In this document: piece after piece, positions 41,089 to 52,300 of the stretch
How the letters are laid out: each line of letters begins with the position of its first letter
Numbering within the stretch: the stretch's first letter is position 1
Assembly: GCA_964016885.1 (NCBI GenBank)
Contig: OZ024761.1
Span: 2,108,001-2,172,000 of the forward strand
Direction: 5' to 3'
DNA: 64,000 nt
DNA from: Eledone cirrhosa
Lineage: Eukaryota
Translations under genes and position numbers: made by a program
Notes under the pieces: model-generated
What the model saw: the letters and a program-made list of their open reading frames with translations, nothing else
Databases searched by the model: none
Told to the model about the DNA's origin: nothing

Positions 41089-41757
41089 ATGACGACATCG
41101 TTAAATTATTACTTCATTCCGATGTTGTTTTTCTTTTAGCAGTCTTCATTATTGTTGTAATTACAGCTGTTATTGTCGTTGTAGTTGTTGTTGTCTTCCA
41201 CCACCACCACCACACACATGCATGCACTGATACCATGCCAGTAGTAGTAGTAGTGGTGGTGTTAGTGGCAGCAGCAGTTGTAGTAGTAGCAGAATAACAG
41301 AGTATAAACAATCTCTCTCTCTCTCTCTCTCCCTCTCCAGGCTACACCCACTCAATGGGGGTGGGCAGGAGTGACGTGATGTCACCGATATTTATAGTGA
41401 AAGTTGCAAAATATTTGTTGATAACGACCAGCAGTTCTTGCTTTTGTCAAAAATGAACGCCACCACATCACACATCTGCATTTCATTTTGTTGAATGTCC
41501 ATTTTGGTGGAGGCAGTGGGTCTTTTTTGTTGTTGTTTTAATGGTGGATACAGCTATTTTTTAATATCCAATAAATATATATATATTGCGACTGGTAGAT
41601 AGTATTAGCAATTGGAAAGACCAACGGAAACATTGTTTCCTCGGTCCGATTTGACAAAAGTCGATCGTATATATATATATATATATATGTATATATGCAT
41701 AGTGTATATATATAGTAAGAATATTTTCGAAACAGCGAGTGGGTTTGAAATTATTAG

Positions 41758-41949
41758 AAATGTAAGTTATCGCCGTATTTTGACTAAAGAAATTATTTAC
41801 CCTGATAGTGGGGTTAAGAACCCTCGGAGAAATGGAAAAAGATGAGTATTGACGTCAATACTCATCTTTTTCCATTTCTCCGAGGGTTCTTAACCCCACT
41901 ATCAGGCTAAATAATTTCTTTAGTCAAAATACGGCGATAACTTACATTT
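41758..41949. repeat. 192-bp spacer-free palindrome
   Basis: Centre attgacgtcaat (dyad between 41853 and 41854). 96-bp arms with one mismatch seen. Confidence 0.92.
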
Positions 41950-42122
41950 ATATATATATATATATAAGTATGTATACGTACATACATATATGTATACAGA
42001 CGTACAGTAGTATGTATATATATATATATATATACACATACATGCACACATATATATGTACGTATGGATTCACCGAACATTTATTATAATGAGAAATGAA
42101 ATTTCGTTTCATTTTTTCCGTT

Positions 42123-42154
<32 letters not shown>

Positions 42155-42169
42155 TATATATATATATAC

Positions 42170-42215
<46 letters not shown>

Positions 42216-42281
42216 TAATTCAAAATATTAATAAATATAGACATTCATGTGATCAAATATATTTTATTATATATATTTCAT

Positions 42282-42615
42282 GAAGGCGCATGGCTTAGTG
42301 GTTAGAGCATTGGGCTTGCAATCAAAAGGTTGTGAGTTCAATTCTCAAACGGGGTGATGTGTTGTTTCCTTGAGCAAGACACTTTATTTCACATTGCTCC
42401 AGTTTACTCAGCTGTAGAAATGAGATGATAGGACTGGGGTCCCTATCATTCCACTGTAAAGTGGTCGTGGAGGTGCCATGGCAAAAAAGCACCCAGCACT
42501 CACTGTAAATGAGGTTGGTGTTAGGAAGGGCATCCAGCTGTAGAAATCAAGCCAGAATCAGTTCCCGTCCCACCCTTGCAAGCAGGGAAAAGCGGACGTA
42601 AAATGATGATGATGA
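42282..42615 (+). mobile_element. tRNA-derived CORE-like SINE with RTE subfamily B tail
   Basis: ggcgcatggcttagtggttagagc (A box), gagttcaattc (B box), tccttgagcaagacacttt, tail cccacccttgcaagcagggaaaagcggacgtaaaa(tga)n. Confidence 0.82.
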
Positions 42616-42720
42616 TTTCAGAGTTACTGTGCTGTTTCCTCAGTACGTCCTCATCAGATAAAATAAATTGATGTCTGACATACCTCAACTGTGCTGATGG
42701 TTCAATTCCAATCTTGGCAG

Positions 42721-42762
<42 letters not shown>

Positions 42763-43900
42763 GTGATAATATTAGAAAGAGTCGGCTGAGCTCTTGCCGT
42801 TTCAACAGCTAGGGGAACTAGCTGTCGAAACGGCATGCTCTACTATCCCAAGTAGCGCGTATTCTGTTGAATAAGGGTCTAGTTTAATCCTTATATATAT
42901 ATATATATATGTGTGTATGTGTTAAGTAATTCTGAAGAAAAAGCAAAGGAAAAAAGAGTGCGCTATGTATAAAACAGACCAATTTAATTAGAAAGTAAAC
43001 AACACAATATATAACTAATCCATTACGAAAGGTTTCAGGACCAGATTAAAGTTTAAGCAAAGAATCACTGCTGAAACTAAAAAAAATCAATCTGTGAACG
43101 CAGAAGTAAATATTTCGAAAAACGTTACAACCGGAAGAAGACAGGAAGACGATACTTTGGTTCGTGAAAATGTTCCCTGGCAAAGAACAGAAAAAACGAA
43201 GATAATACGTCATTATTTGGAGCGGTGAAAACAAATACACACAAAGACAAAACCACGTTTATGGTATAAATGAAGTCGTAGACTAAAATTCTATTAGGTG
43301 GTTCGTGGAGACGTTCTCTTTATTTATCCTTATCGAGCCCTCTTTGGATTTTAGTCTTCAAATTTATTATTATTACTATATATGTATATATATACATATT
43401 TATGTATTATATATAATTATATATATATATATATATATATCATCATCATCATCGTTTAACGTCCATCTTCCATGCTTATATATATACATACCTTAAAATG
43501 TTTAACCAAACACTTATTTACATCATAATTTAATTTACAATTGTTCATCCTTGTTGGACTATATACATACATGTATTATATATATATATATCATAAATTA
43601 TATTTATATATCATAAATTATGTCCATAGAATCATTTGATAAAATATATACACTATTTCCTCTCCCAATTAGCATAATTAACCACATAAAAAATCAATTA
43701 GACCAGGCTATAAGAATAAAGGCTCCTATGAAGAAATATTTGATAAATAAACGAAAGCAGCCTCTTCGCGGCCGACCGCAATAGAATATTTACCCAACAT
43801 TTCAACAGCATGTAGAAATCAACTAAATATACCGTCAACCATACACAATTAGGTATAAATTTAAAGTTAGAAGAAATGCGTACACTCTTACCGTGATTAT

Positions 43901-43978
43901 GTCCCTACCCTGGGTTTCGTTCGCGTTTTGAGATATCCTATTAAGGATAAATCTCGAGTATCGAACTCATCAGGAGAC
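43901..43978 (-). ncRNA. Type I hammerhead ribozyme
   Basis: Minus strand gtctc-CTGATGA-gttcg...cgaac-GAAA-cccaggg-TA-gggac. Same family as 7337-7409, with covarying stem II and stem III. Confidence 0.8.
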
Positions 43979-44507
43979 AAACTCATAGGACAGTTAATTT
44001 TCCAAAGCGATCCCCGCCAGAAATAGATTCAAAAATGGCTAAGAATCGTGACGTGGCAGTGGTCAAGTTAGAAAGAATGTGATTAGTTGCTTACGGCGAG
44101 TGGGCTGGTTGCTAGAAAGCGCAGCCCAATATTGCCCAAATTGCATCTCAACCTAATGGGAGATTATTAAATATAAAGATTTACATATACACAAAGTCAC
44201 AGATATATATGTGGCAACCATTCACGATGTGGCTCAATGAAGAATTAATAAATTAAATAATCAGAGCAATATATCATAAATTATGTCCATAGAATCATTT
44301 GATAAAATATATACACTATTTCCTCTCCCAATTAGCATAATTAACCACATACAAAATCAATTAGACCAGGCTATAAGAATAAAGGCTCCTATGTATATAT
44401 ATATATATAGGGAGTGTAACTTGGAGTTACTGCAGGTTCACCCGGGTGAGCACTCGATGTTTAGGTTCACTTCTGTGTTGAGGTGTAGAGCTATACAGAG
44501 TGTAATA

Positions 44508-44890
44508 TATTGAAAGGATAACAAGGACGATTGGTTACTCCTTCATTACATTTATTGGTAGGTGACGCGCGTTTCGCCACTGATCAGCTCAAGGTTTGAT
44601 CTGTATCGATCTTACCCGACTCAATAATCGGCAGGTCGACGGACCCTTTAAAATGGTATAAGAAAATGAATACATACTATGTGATAAAGTCAACTTATGA
44701 ACTTCTGACTTTATCACATAGCATGTATTCCTTTTCTTATACCATTTTAAAGGGTCCGTCGAGCTGCCGATTATTGAGTCAGGTAAGATCGATACAGATC
44801 GAACCTTGAGCTGATCAGTGGCGAAACGCGTGTCACCTACCAATAAATGTAATGAAGGAATAACCAATCGTCCTTGTTATCCTTTCAATA
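44508..44890. mobile_element. Fold-back element with about 155-bp inverted arms (probably PLE-derived)
   Basis: Arms 44508-44666 and 44732-44890. Contains gcgaaacgcgtgtc, which looks like an HHR 3' half only. Confidence 0.75.
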
Positions 44891-45086
44891 TATATATATA
44901 TATATATATTTATACGCATATACTATATATACACATATATATATTACACTATGATGATGATCATCATCATTTTACGTCCGCTTTTCCTTGCTTGCAAGGG
45001 TGGGATGGGTCCTTTTCAGCACAGCATCTCTCCATTCCATATAGTGTATATATATATATACTATATATATACTATATATATATATA

Positions 45087-46373
45087 CAGGGTACGGACGA
45101 TATTTGTTCGCAAGATTACTGTCTAGGAAAAAATAACACAGTAGTTTTATTTTTTAAGATATATTTATCAAACTTGGGTCAGTTTGTCTTCATGACTTGT
45201 TCTTTCGATCTCACTCGATAAACTTGCCATTGGCTTTGATAACGGCCTCAAGGCGACCTCGGAACCGGGTACAGGCCTTTGTCACTGTCCCCCGACTTAG
45301 GCCCCTATAGGCACTTGTGATCCTGGCCTTCAGATCGTCTTTCGTATTGCAGCTAGATCTGTTGGTGCGCCCCACACAAAGAAGTCGAGGGGGTTGCAGT
45401 CAGGCAAGCTGGGAGGCCAGATGTCAGGTGAAGTGTGGCCAACGAAGTTCTCTGACAGCCAGGCTTGGGTCTTTCGGCTGGTATGGTAGGGCGCTGAGTC
45501 TTGCTGCCACACGTACGGCCTACCTGCAGCTACTTGGTCAATCCAGGGCTTTACTACCTCGCTCAGAACGCGGATGTAGCCATCGGTGTTCAGCTTGAGA
45601 CCCTCAGGGAAGAAGTGAGGTGGCATGACGTCACCTTGACTGCTGACGACACCTAAGACCAATGTTGTCGCTGGAAACTTTGTCTGCATGACTCTGGGCA
45701 CGTCTTTGGATGAGACAGCGAGCCACCTGTTGTTCTGGGAGTTGATCTTCTGGTCTTGGCAGAAGTTTTTCTCGTCGGAGAAAAACCACAGCATGTCTGG
45801 CTCCAGTGGGTGTTTCAACTTGTGTGATCAGCTTCTTTGCGTGCTTCAGTCGCTTTTCTTGCATCGCCTTTGACAGAAATTGTCCTTTCTTCATTTTGTA
45901 TGAAATGTAGCGAATGTCTTCATGTACTACCAGCCTAATGAGCTTTTCATCCACGCCTTTCTCCCTTGCAATGGCATGCATCGACTTGCTAGGTTCATTG
46001 TTGGTGATATCCTGAACTTCAGCGACAAACTCGAGCGTTCTTAAGGCGTCAGATCGTCGATCATGTGTTTTCCTCTCTGATGTTGCTTCGTAGTCGAATC
46101 CTGAATCTTCCAATTCCTTTCTGACCTTTTCCACCATTCTCCTGCTGACGCTGAGAAAGTCTGAAATTTCCTTATTTGTCCTCCCGGCACGGATTCCAAG
46201 AAGAACTCTCTTCCACAAATTTGGAGGTTCAAAATTATTCATAATCAATTATTCTGAAAATAAATAATGGAAATATAGTCACTGTTTTTTATGAAGACAA
46301 GAGTGACAACGGAAGTTAAAAAAATTTGCATAAAATTAGCAGTTGAAAATTGCGAACAAATATCGTCCACACC

Positions 46374-46376
<3 letters not shown>
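45087..46376 (-). mobile_element. Tc1/mariner transposon, DD37D (maT) family, frameshifted
   Basis: 27-bp TIRs cagggt(ac/gt)ggacgatatttgttcgcaa with TA flanks. FSDEKNF...QQDSAP...PDCNPLD, with 37 residues between the 2nd and 3rd D. N-terminal HTH ORF 45631-46248 is in another frame. Confidence 0.93.
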
Positions 46377-46404
<28 letters not shown>

Positions 46405-47705
46405 CAACAAATTCCAAACATGGAAGCATGGCCTAGAATCAAAAGGCCTTAAAGTTAACTTGTCTAAGACTAAAGTCCTAATATGTAGGAAGGAGAATAG
46501 GGCACTGGTCCCATCTGGGAAATGGTCATGCTCAGTGTGTAGGAAAGGAGTAGGCAGAAACTCCATTTTATGTCCCAAATGCAAAGTATGGGTGCATAAA
46601 AGATGTAGTGGTATCACAGGTAAGCTAACTAAGAATATAGATTTTATATGTGGCTGGTGCTCTGGTGCAATAAGTAGCAGCAAATGCCCACAGAATACTA
46701 GCTCATTCCATTGCCCAGATGGTTCTATTGAAATAGTGGAGACCTTCCGTTACCTGGGTGACAAAATCAGCAGTGGTAGAGGGTGCTCCGAAAATACTGT
46801 AGCTAGAGTCCGAACGGGATGGAAAAAGTTCAGAGAGCTTATACAACTATTGGCCACTAAAGGTTTCTCTCTAAAAATAAAAGGCAGGCTGTATGATGCC
46901 TGCATACGAACAGCGATGTAACATGGCAGTGAGACATGGGCCTTGTGTGCAGAGGATCTACGCAGACTGGAGAGGAACGAAGCTTGCATGCTCCGTTGGA
47001 TGTGTAATAGTAATATACGCGAACGGCAAAGCATAAATGAACTAAGTGAGAAATTAGGAATAAGAGGGATCAAATGCTGTTTACTCGAGAGAAGACTACG
47101 TTGGTATGGTCACGTGATGCGCATGAAAGATGACAGCTGTATAAAAAAAGTGTAGGGCGATCAAAATAGACAGTAGCTACGGAGTAGGCAGACCCAGAAA
47201 AACCTGGGACGACTTAATAAAATTCGACCTCACACACTTACACATCTCCAAGACAATGTCACTGGACCGAGATCTTTGGCGCTACGTAGTAATAGAGAAG
47301 ATGCGCCTTGCCTAAGTACAAAGCGAAACCTACAGTCAGTAGGCACCTCTTAACCAAAATACACCCCCGTCCCACTACCCCTACCCCCACCGCCATCTAC
47401 ACCACCCCTTTTGATGTAAAGCTATGTTGGTACCACAACATCCAGTCCTAAATAAATGAGGTCGTGTAGGTGTCCCAACAAAAAAAAACACAGTCCACGC
47501 TGTAATGTGGCCGTGTAGGTAACACGGTAAAAACCTCCCAGACCACACTGTAAACGTGGTTGGTGTTAGGAAGGGCATTCAGCCATAGAAAACCCGCCAG
47601 ACAGTCCTGAGCAAGACAACCAATCTTGCCTCAAGTGGGACAATTCCCATCCAGACCCATGCTAGCGTGGAAGATGGACGTTAAACGATGATGATGATGA
47701 TGATA
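46405..47705 (+). mobile_element. RTE subfamily A, 5'-truncated, with PHD finger
   Basis: Highly similar to 57115-58425; has an internal stop and a (tga)n tail. Confidence 0.93.
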
Positions 47706-47711
47706 CTATAC

Positions 47712-48918
47712 TAGAATTAACAATGAATATAGTGAAGAATTTAGCGTAAAAGTTGGTGTTCATCAAGGTTCTGTCCTTAGCCCCCTCCTATTTATTATTG
47801 CGCTTCAGGCTATAACAGGAGTTTAAGACTGGCTGCCCATGGGAACTTCTATATGCAGATGATCTAACTCTCATAACTGAATAGATGGCTGAACTAGAGA
47901 AGAAATTCCAAGCATGGAAGCATGGCCTAGAATCAAATGGCCTTAAATTTAACTTGTCTAATACTAAAGTTCTAGTATGTAGAAAGGAAAATAGGGCACA
48001 GGTGCCCTCTGGGAAATGGCCATGCTAAGTGTGTAGGAAAGGAGTAGGTAGAAATTCCATTTTATGCCCCAAACTATGGGTACATAAAAGATGTAGTGGA
48101 ATCACAGGTAAACTATCTAAGAACGTAGATTTTATATGTCGCCGATGCTCAGGTGCAATAAGTAGCAAGTGCCCACATGATACTAGCTCTTTCTACTGCC
48201 CAGATGGTTCTATAGAAATAGTGGACACTTTCCATTACCTGGGTGACAAAATCAGCAGTGGTGGAGGGTACTCTGAAAGTACAGCAGCCAGAGTCAGAAC
48301 GGGATGGAAAAAGTTCAGAGAGCTTATACCTCTGTTGGCCACTAAAGGTTTCTCTCTAAAAATGAAAGACAGATTGTATGATGCTTGTATACGAACAGCT
48401 ATGTTATATGGCAGTGGGACATGGGCATTGTGTGCAGAGGACCTGCACAGACTGGAAAGGAACGAAGCATGCATGCTTCGCTGGATGTGTAATAGTAATA
48501 TGGCAAAACATATGGCAATATTAATATGCAAATGGCAAAACATAAATGAACTAAGTGAGAAATTAGGAATAAGAGGGATCAGATGCTGTTTACTCGAGAG
48601 AAGACTATGTTGGTATGGTTACGTGATGCACATGAAAGACAACAGCTGTATAAAAAAAGTGCAGGACGATCAAAATTGATGCAAGTTACGGTAGAGCCAG
48701 AAAAACTGGGACGATTTGATAAATTCAGACCTTTCCCGCTTGCACCTCTCTGAGACGATGTCACTGGACCGAGATCTTTGGCACCACGCTGTAATACAGA
48801 AGACCCGCCTTGCCTATGTACAAAGTGAAACCTACAGTCAGTAGTCACCTCTTAACCAAATATATACCCCAACCCACTACCCCTACTCCATCCTCCCAAT
48901 CCCAGCAACACCACCCTT
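47712..48918 (+). mobile_element. RTE subfamily A fragment, decayed and 3'-truncated
   Basis: [15 protein letters not shown], Cys cluster and LYGSGTW; the 3'UTR breaks off at about 48918. Confidence 0.92.
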
Positions 48919-48919
48919 T

Positions 48920-49351
48920 CTCTGCTTGGCTCCAGTGTTTCATTGGCGTTGTTCAGCCAGCTCCCCTTCATTCATGGCGACACGTCTTTGCCTCTGAAGT
49001 TCAGCGTTCCGATGGTGCTATTCGGCCCGTTTTTCTTCATTCCTGGCTGCACGCCGTCGCCGCTGTAGTTCATTGTTTGATAAAGTCGAATTGCTTTTAC
49101 TTTCTGTGGAACGCTGCATGCACGCACACACACATAAACATACGTGCACGTACATACACACACACACACACATGGTAATCACTTTGCCTCTCTGTTTCTT
49201 ACTCTCCCCTCTCACTCCCTCATTGGCATCATGCATATTTATTTAAGTTTGGCGTTGTTGAGGTGGGCGGAGTCATTTGAAACCTATGAACCAATGATAA
49301 TCGAGAATTATGACACACGGAATACTGACATTTTTGAAATTAATATATAGA
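48920..49351 (-). mobile_element. 5' end fragment of a second Helitron copy
   Basis: Homologous to about 54600-55230. Begins TCTATATATTAATTTC on the minus strand. Confidence 0.8.
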
Positions 49352-52300
49352 CTAGCTGACGTACCCAGCTTCGCCCGGGTAAACAGATGATAAGAGAAGA
49401 CAGGTAAAAGAGAAAATGTCTGTATTGGATATTTGTCTGGTTACAGTATGAGGCGAGTCCGTGGTGTCCGTGTGATACAAAAGACAGTAAAAAAATCTTC
49501 CAGATATACCAGATTCTTCGTTGTACCGTTTGTGCATAGTATATGAACAATGCTAGGTGCTCCCACCTAGAATAGTGACCTCTAGGAGATGGTTCATCTT
49601 CTGCCTGACTGTAAAACGTGTATCATTGCATAGACGTGGTTGTTCCACATTTCTCAAAAGGATGATGGAAGTTCCAATCTTTTATATTATATGTAGATAT
49701 AGATATAGATAATTAATATAAAAGATGTCCGTCAATGTAAAAAAGGTCCCTATTTACTTGAAATGGTTTATACAAATGCCAAATTAATATGGATATGGAT
49801 AACATGTTTATCTATAAGTGGTCAGCTATAATAATAAAACAACAAATTATATGACACAAAAATTTATTCAGTAATTTCCAGGCTCTTAGCCACTGAGTAA
49901 TAGACAGTCAATGTTGCCCAGAGTTCAACTCGGGGAGGTGGCCTGGTTTGAACTCCAAATGGCGGATCCTTCTACTTCGAAAATAGAATCGTTTTTCAAT
50001 ATTACTCTAGTCCTGGCCGGCCATAGGATCCAACCTTTTTGCCAGACTCAGCATATGATGAGGTTTTATTACCACCGCTATCAGAAACGATAAATTTGAA
50101 GGCAATTTCTACCAATACTTGTTGGTTTTTATTGCTCATTATCGACGATAAATGACATTGAACAGAAATGATAACTCTGTCAAAGCTCACAATACTGATC
50201 AAAGGACACCAATGTCCGAATCATTTATGTCGCTTATTGATAGCATTAATGATATGCATACATCAGCTCAAAGCTTCACTATAGACAATATTCAGAGTTG
50301 TTCCTCTGTTAGTGGTATCAATTGCAAATTTTATACCATCAGGATCACATACTCGAGATGCAGCAACATACAGTTGCCCATGGCTGAATGCTGGATCATT
50401 CAAGTAGACACCGACTCGCTTGAAAGTCTGTCCCTGTGCCTTGTTGACAGTCATGGAGAAGGCCAAATTGACGGGAAACTGTCTCCTTTGCCAAATGAAT
50501 GGCAGCAGATCTTCACTTGGTCTCAGCATGATCCTCGAAATGAGAACCGATTCCTCTCTGCCTGGGAGTTTAGCTTCTAAAACTCTTCCGTTAATCAATC
50601 TCTCAACAATCAATCTGGTACCATTGCAAAGACCCATTTTATGATTAATATTTCTAAGCAATATAATCGGCATACCCTTTTTCAACCTCAAAATATGTGG
50701 GGGACATCCGGGTATTTGAAGTGAATTCAGATACTCAGTCGGAACATCCATATTGTTCTGCTGATTAAGCTCCATTGCATCCGCACTGACGGTCAACCAT
50801 TCCTCTCCAGGAAACATTCCGGCTACTTGTGAATTTATTTCATCGACCGTTGCATTCGTATGAGTTAGAATAACGCCTTCCAATATCCAGGAGATATTCT
50901 GCCAAAAAGCATTCAAATTAGGGAACACCCAGTCAATCAATGCTTGGCAGTCCAGTGGCATGACCAAATGGTCTGGGATTCTTACAGTCTGATTATCACC
51001 AACGTGTGGCAATTCATCGTTTCCCAACTGCATCAACCATCGGCCGTATGTCTCAGCCTCTTCGTTTTGCCCGAACATACGAAGTCGCATATTATTGTGT
51101 AATCGCAAAACTCTGAAATGGCGCCACAACGGGGACTTTTTCAGACATGCATCGACAATTTGCGCTCTTTGAGCATTCCAAACAATTGGTAGCACCTGTC
51201 TGAAATCGCCACCAAGAACTATAGTCTTACCACCAAATGGCAGGTCACTACTGCAGATATCTCTCTAAGTTCTGTCCAATGCCTCCAGCAAATATCTGTG
51301 TGCCATTGGCGCCTCGTCCCAAATAATCAGAGACGTATTGCGTATAAGGCCCGCGAGTTCACTTTGTCCTGTAATGTTACAGACACTCAACTCATCCGGA
51401 GGCATGAGTGGAAGGTCCTTCCACCACTCAGCAAAGTGACAGCGATCCCACTAGTGGCCACAGGGAGAGCAATCTTCCTCTGAGCTCTGACTGCCAATAA
51501 CATAGTGTTGAAACAGAATGTCTTTCCGGTGCATCTATGAAAGCACAAAGTTCCTCATTAGTGGAAATCGAGTGGAGAACGCCATCGACCAATTCTGTCT
51601 GAGATTGGGTCAACATTGGTATATGTTCATCCACAATATGTTGCTGTTCCAGTGGATCAAACTTGAATAGTTCCCTCCAATCGAGTGGCAACCGTCTAAG
51701 CTGCAATCTCATGTTCAATGCTAAGACACGATGCCGCATTTCTTCCTCAGGAATTGGCAAATTGAAATCTGTTAAACATTTGAAATGAACTTCAAGCAGT
51801 TGCTCAATATTGAGCAAAACAATAGCTTTCATAAAATTTTCATCATCGACCTGAAGATGATACCTAAACTCATCAGCCATAATTCCCCAATGGCGTTCAA
51901 ATAACTCTCTTGGATCGGCAGGATTGCAGAATCCTAGAATCATGACAAACAACTGCCTTATTTGAGCTGGCATCTGTGTTGTTCCTGCACCTTCCATGGC
52001 GTTATTCCATTCAGCGTCATCCTGAAGGAGTCCCAGATGCTGACACACAGCCTGGTCTGTTTCATATTCCACGCCATTGATTGTTTTCAAATCAGCGAAG
52101 CTCTGTTTACCTCTCGAAAAATCACTATGCTGGATGGACATTAACAAACCCGTCCAATAGTCATGAATCTCAACTTTTGTTTTCTATCATTCCATTTCTT
52201 TCCCTTCTTATCCCACGTATAGTGCGAAGGGAAATCGCAGTAGAGTTGCCTTTGATCCGAGTTCAAAGCATGTTCCCTATTATGCTTGAACCATTCAGTC

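Noticed and set aside
42282-42355. tRNA gene
   Set aside because: The tRNA-like head continues into a SINE body and LINE tail, and no proper cloverleaf is evident.
44790-44842. Complete hammerhead in the fold-back arm
   Set aside because: Only the GAAAcgcgtgTC half is recognisable; no proper CTGANGA with stem I was found.
50263-51195. Host PIF1 helicase gene
   Set aside because: Intronless, contiguous with a HUH Rep domain and Helitron termini, and disrupted.
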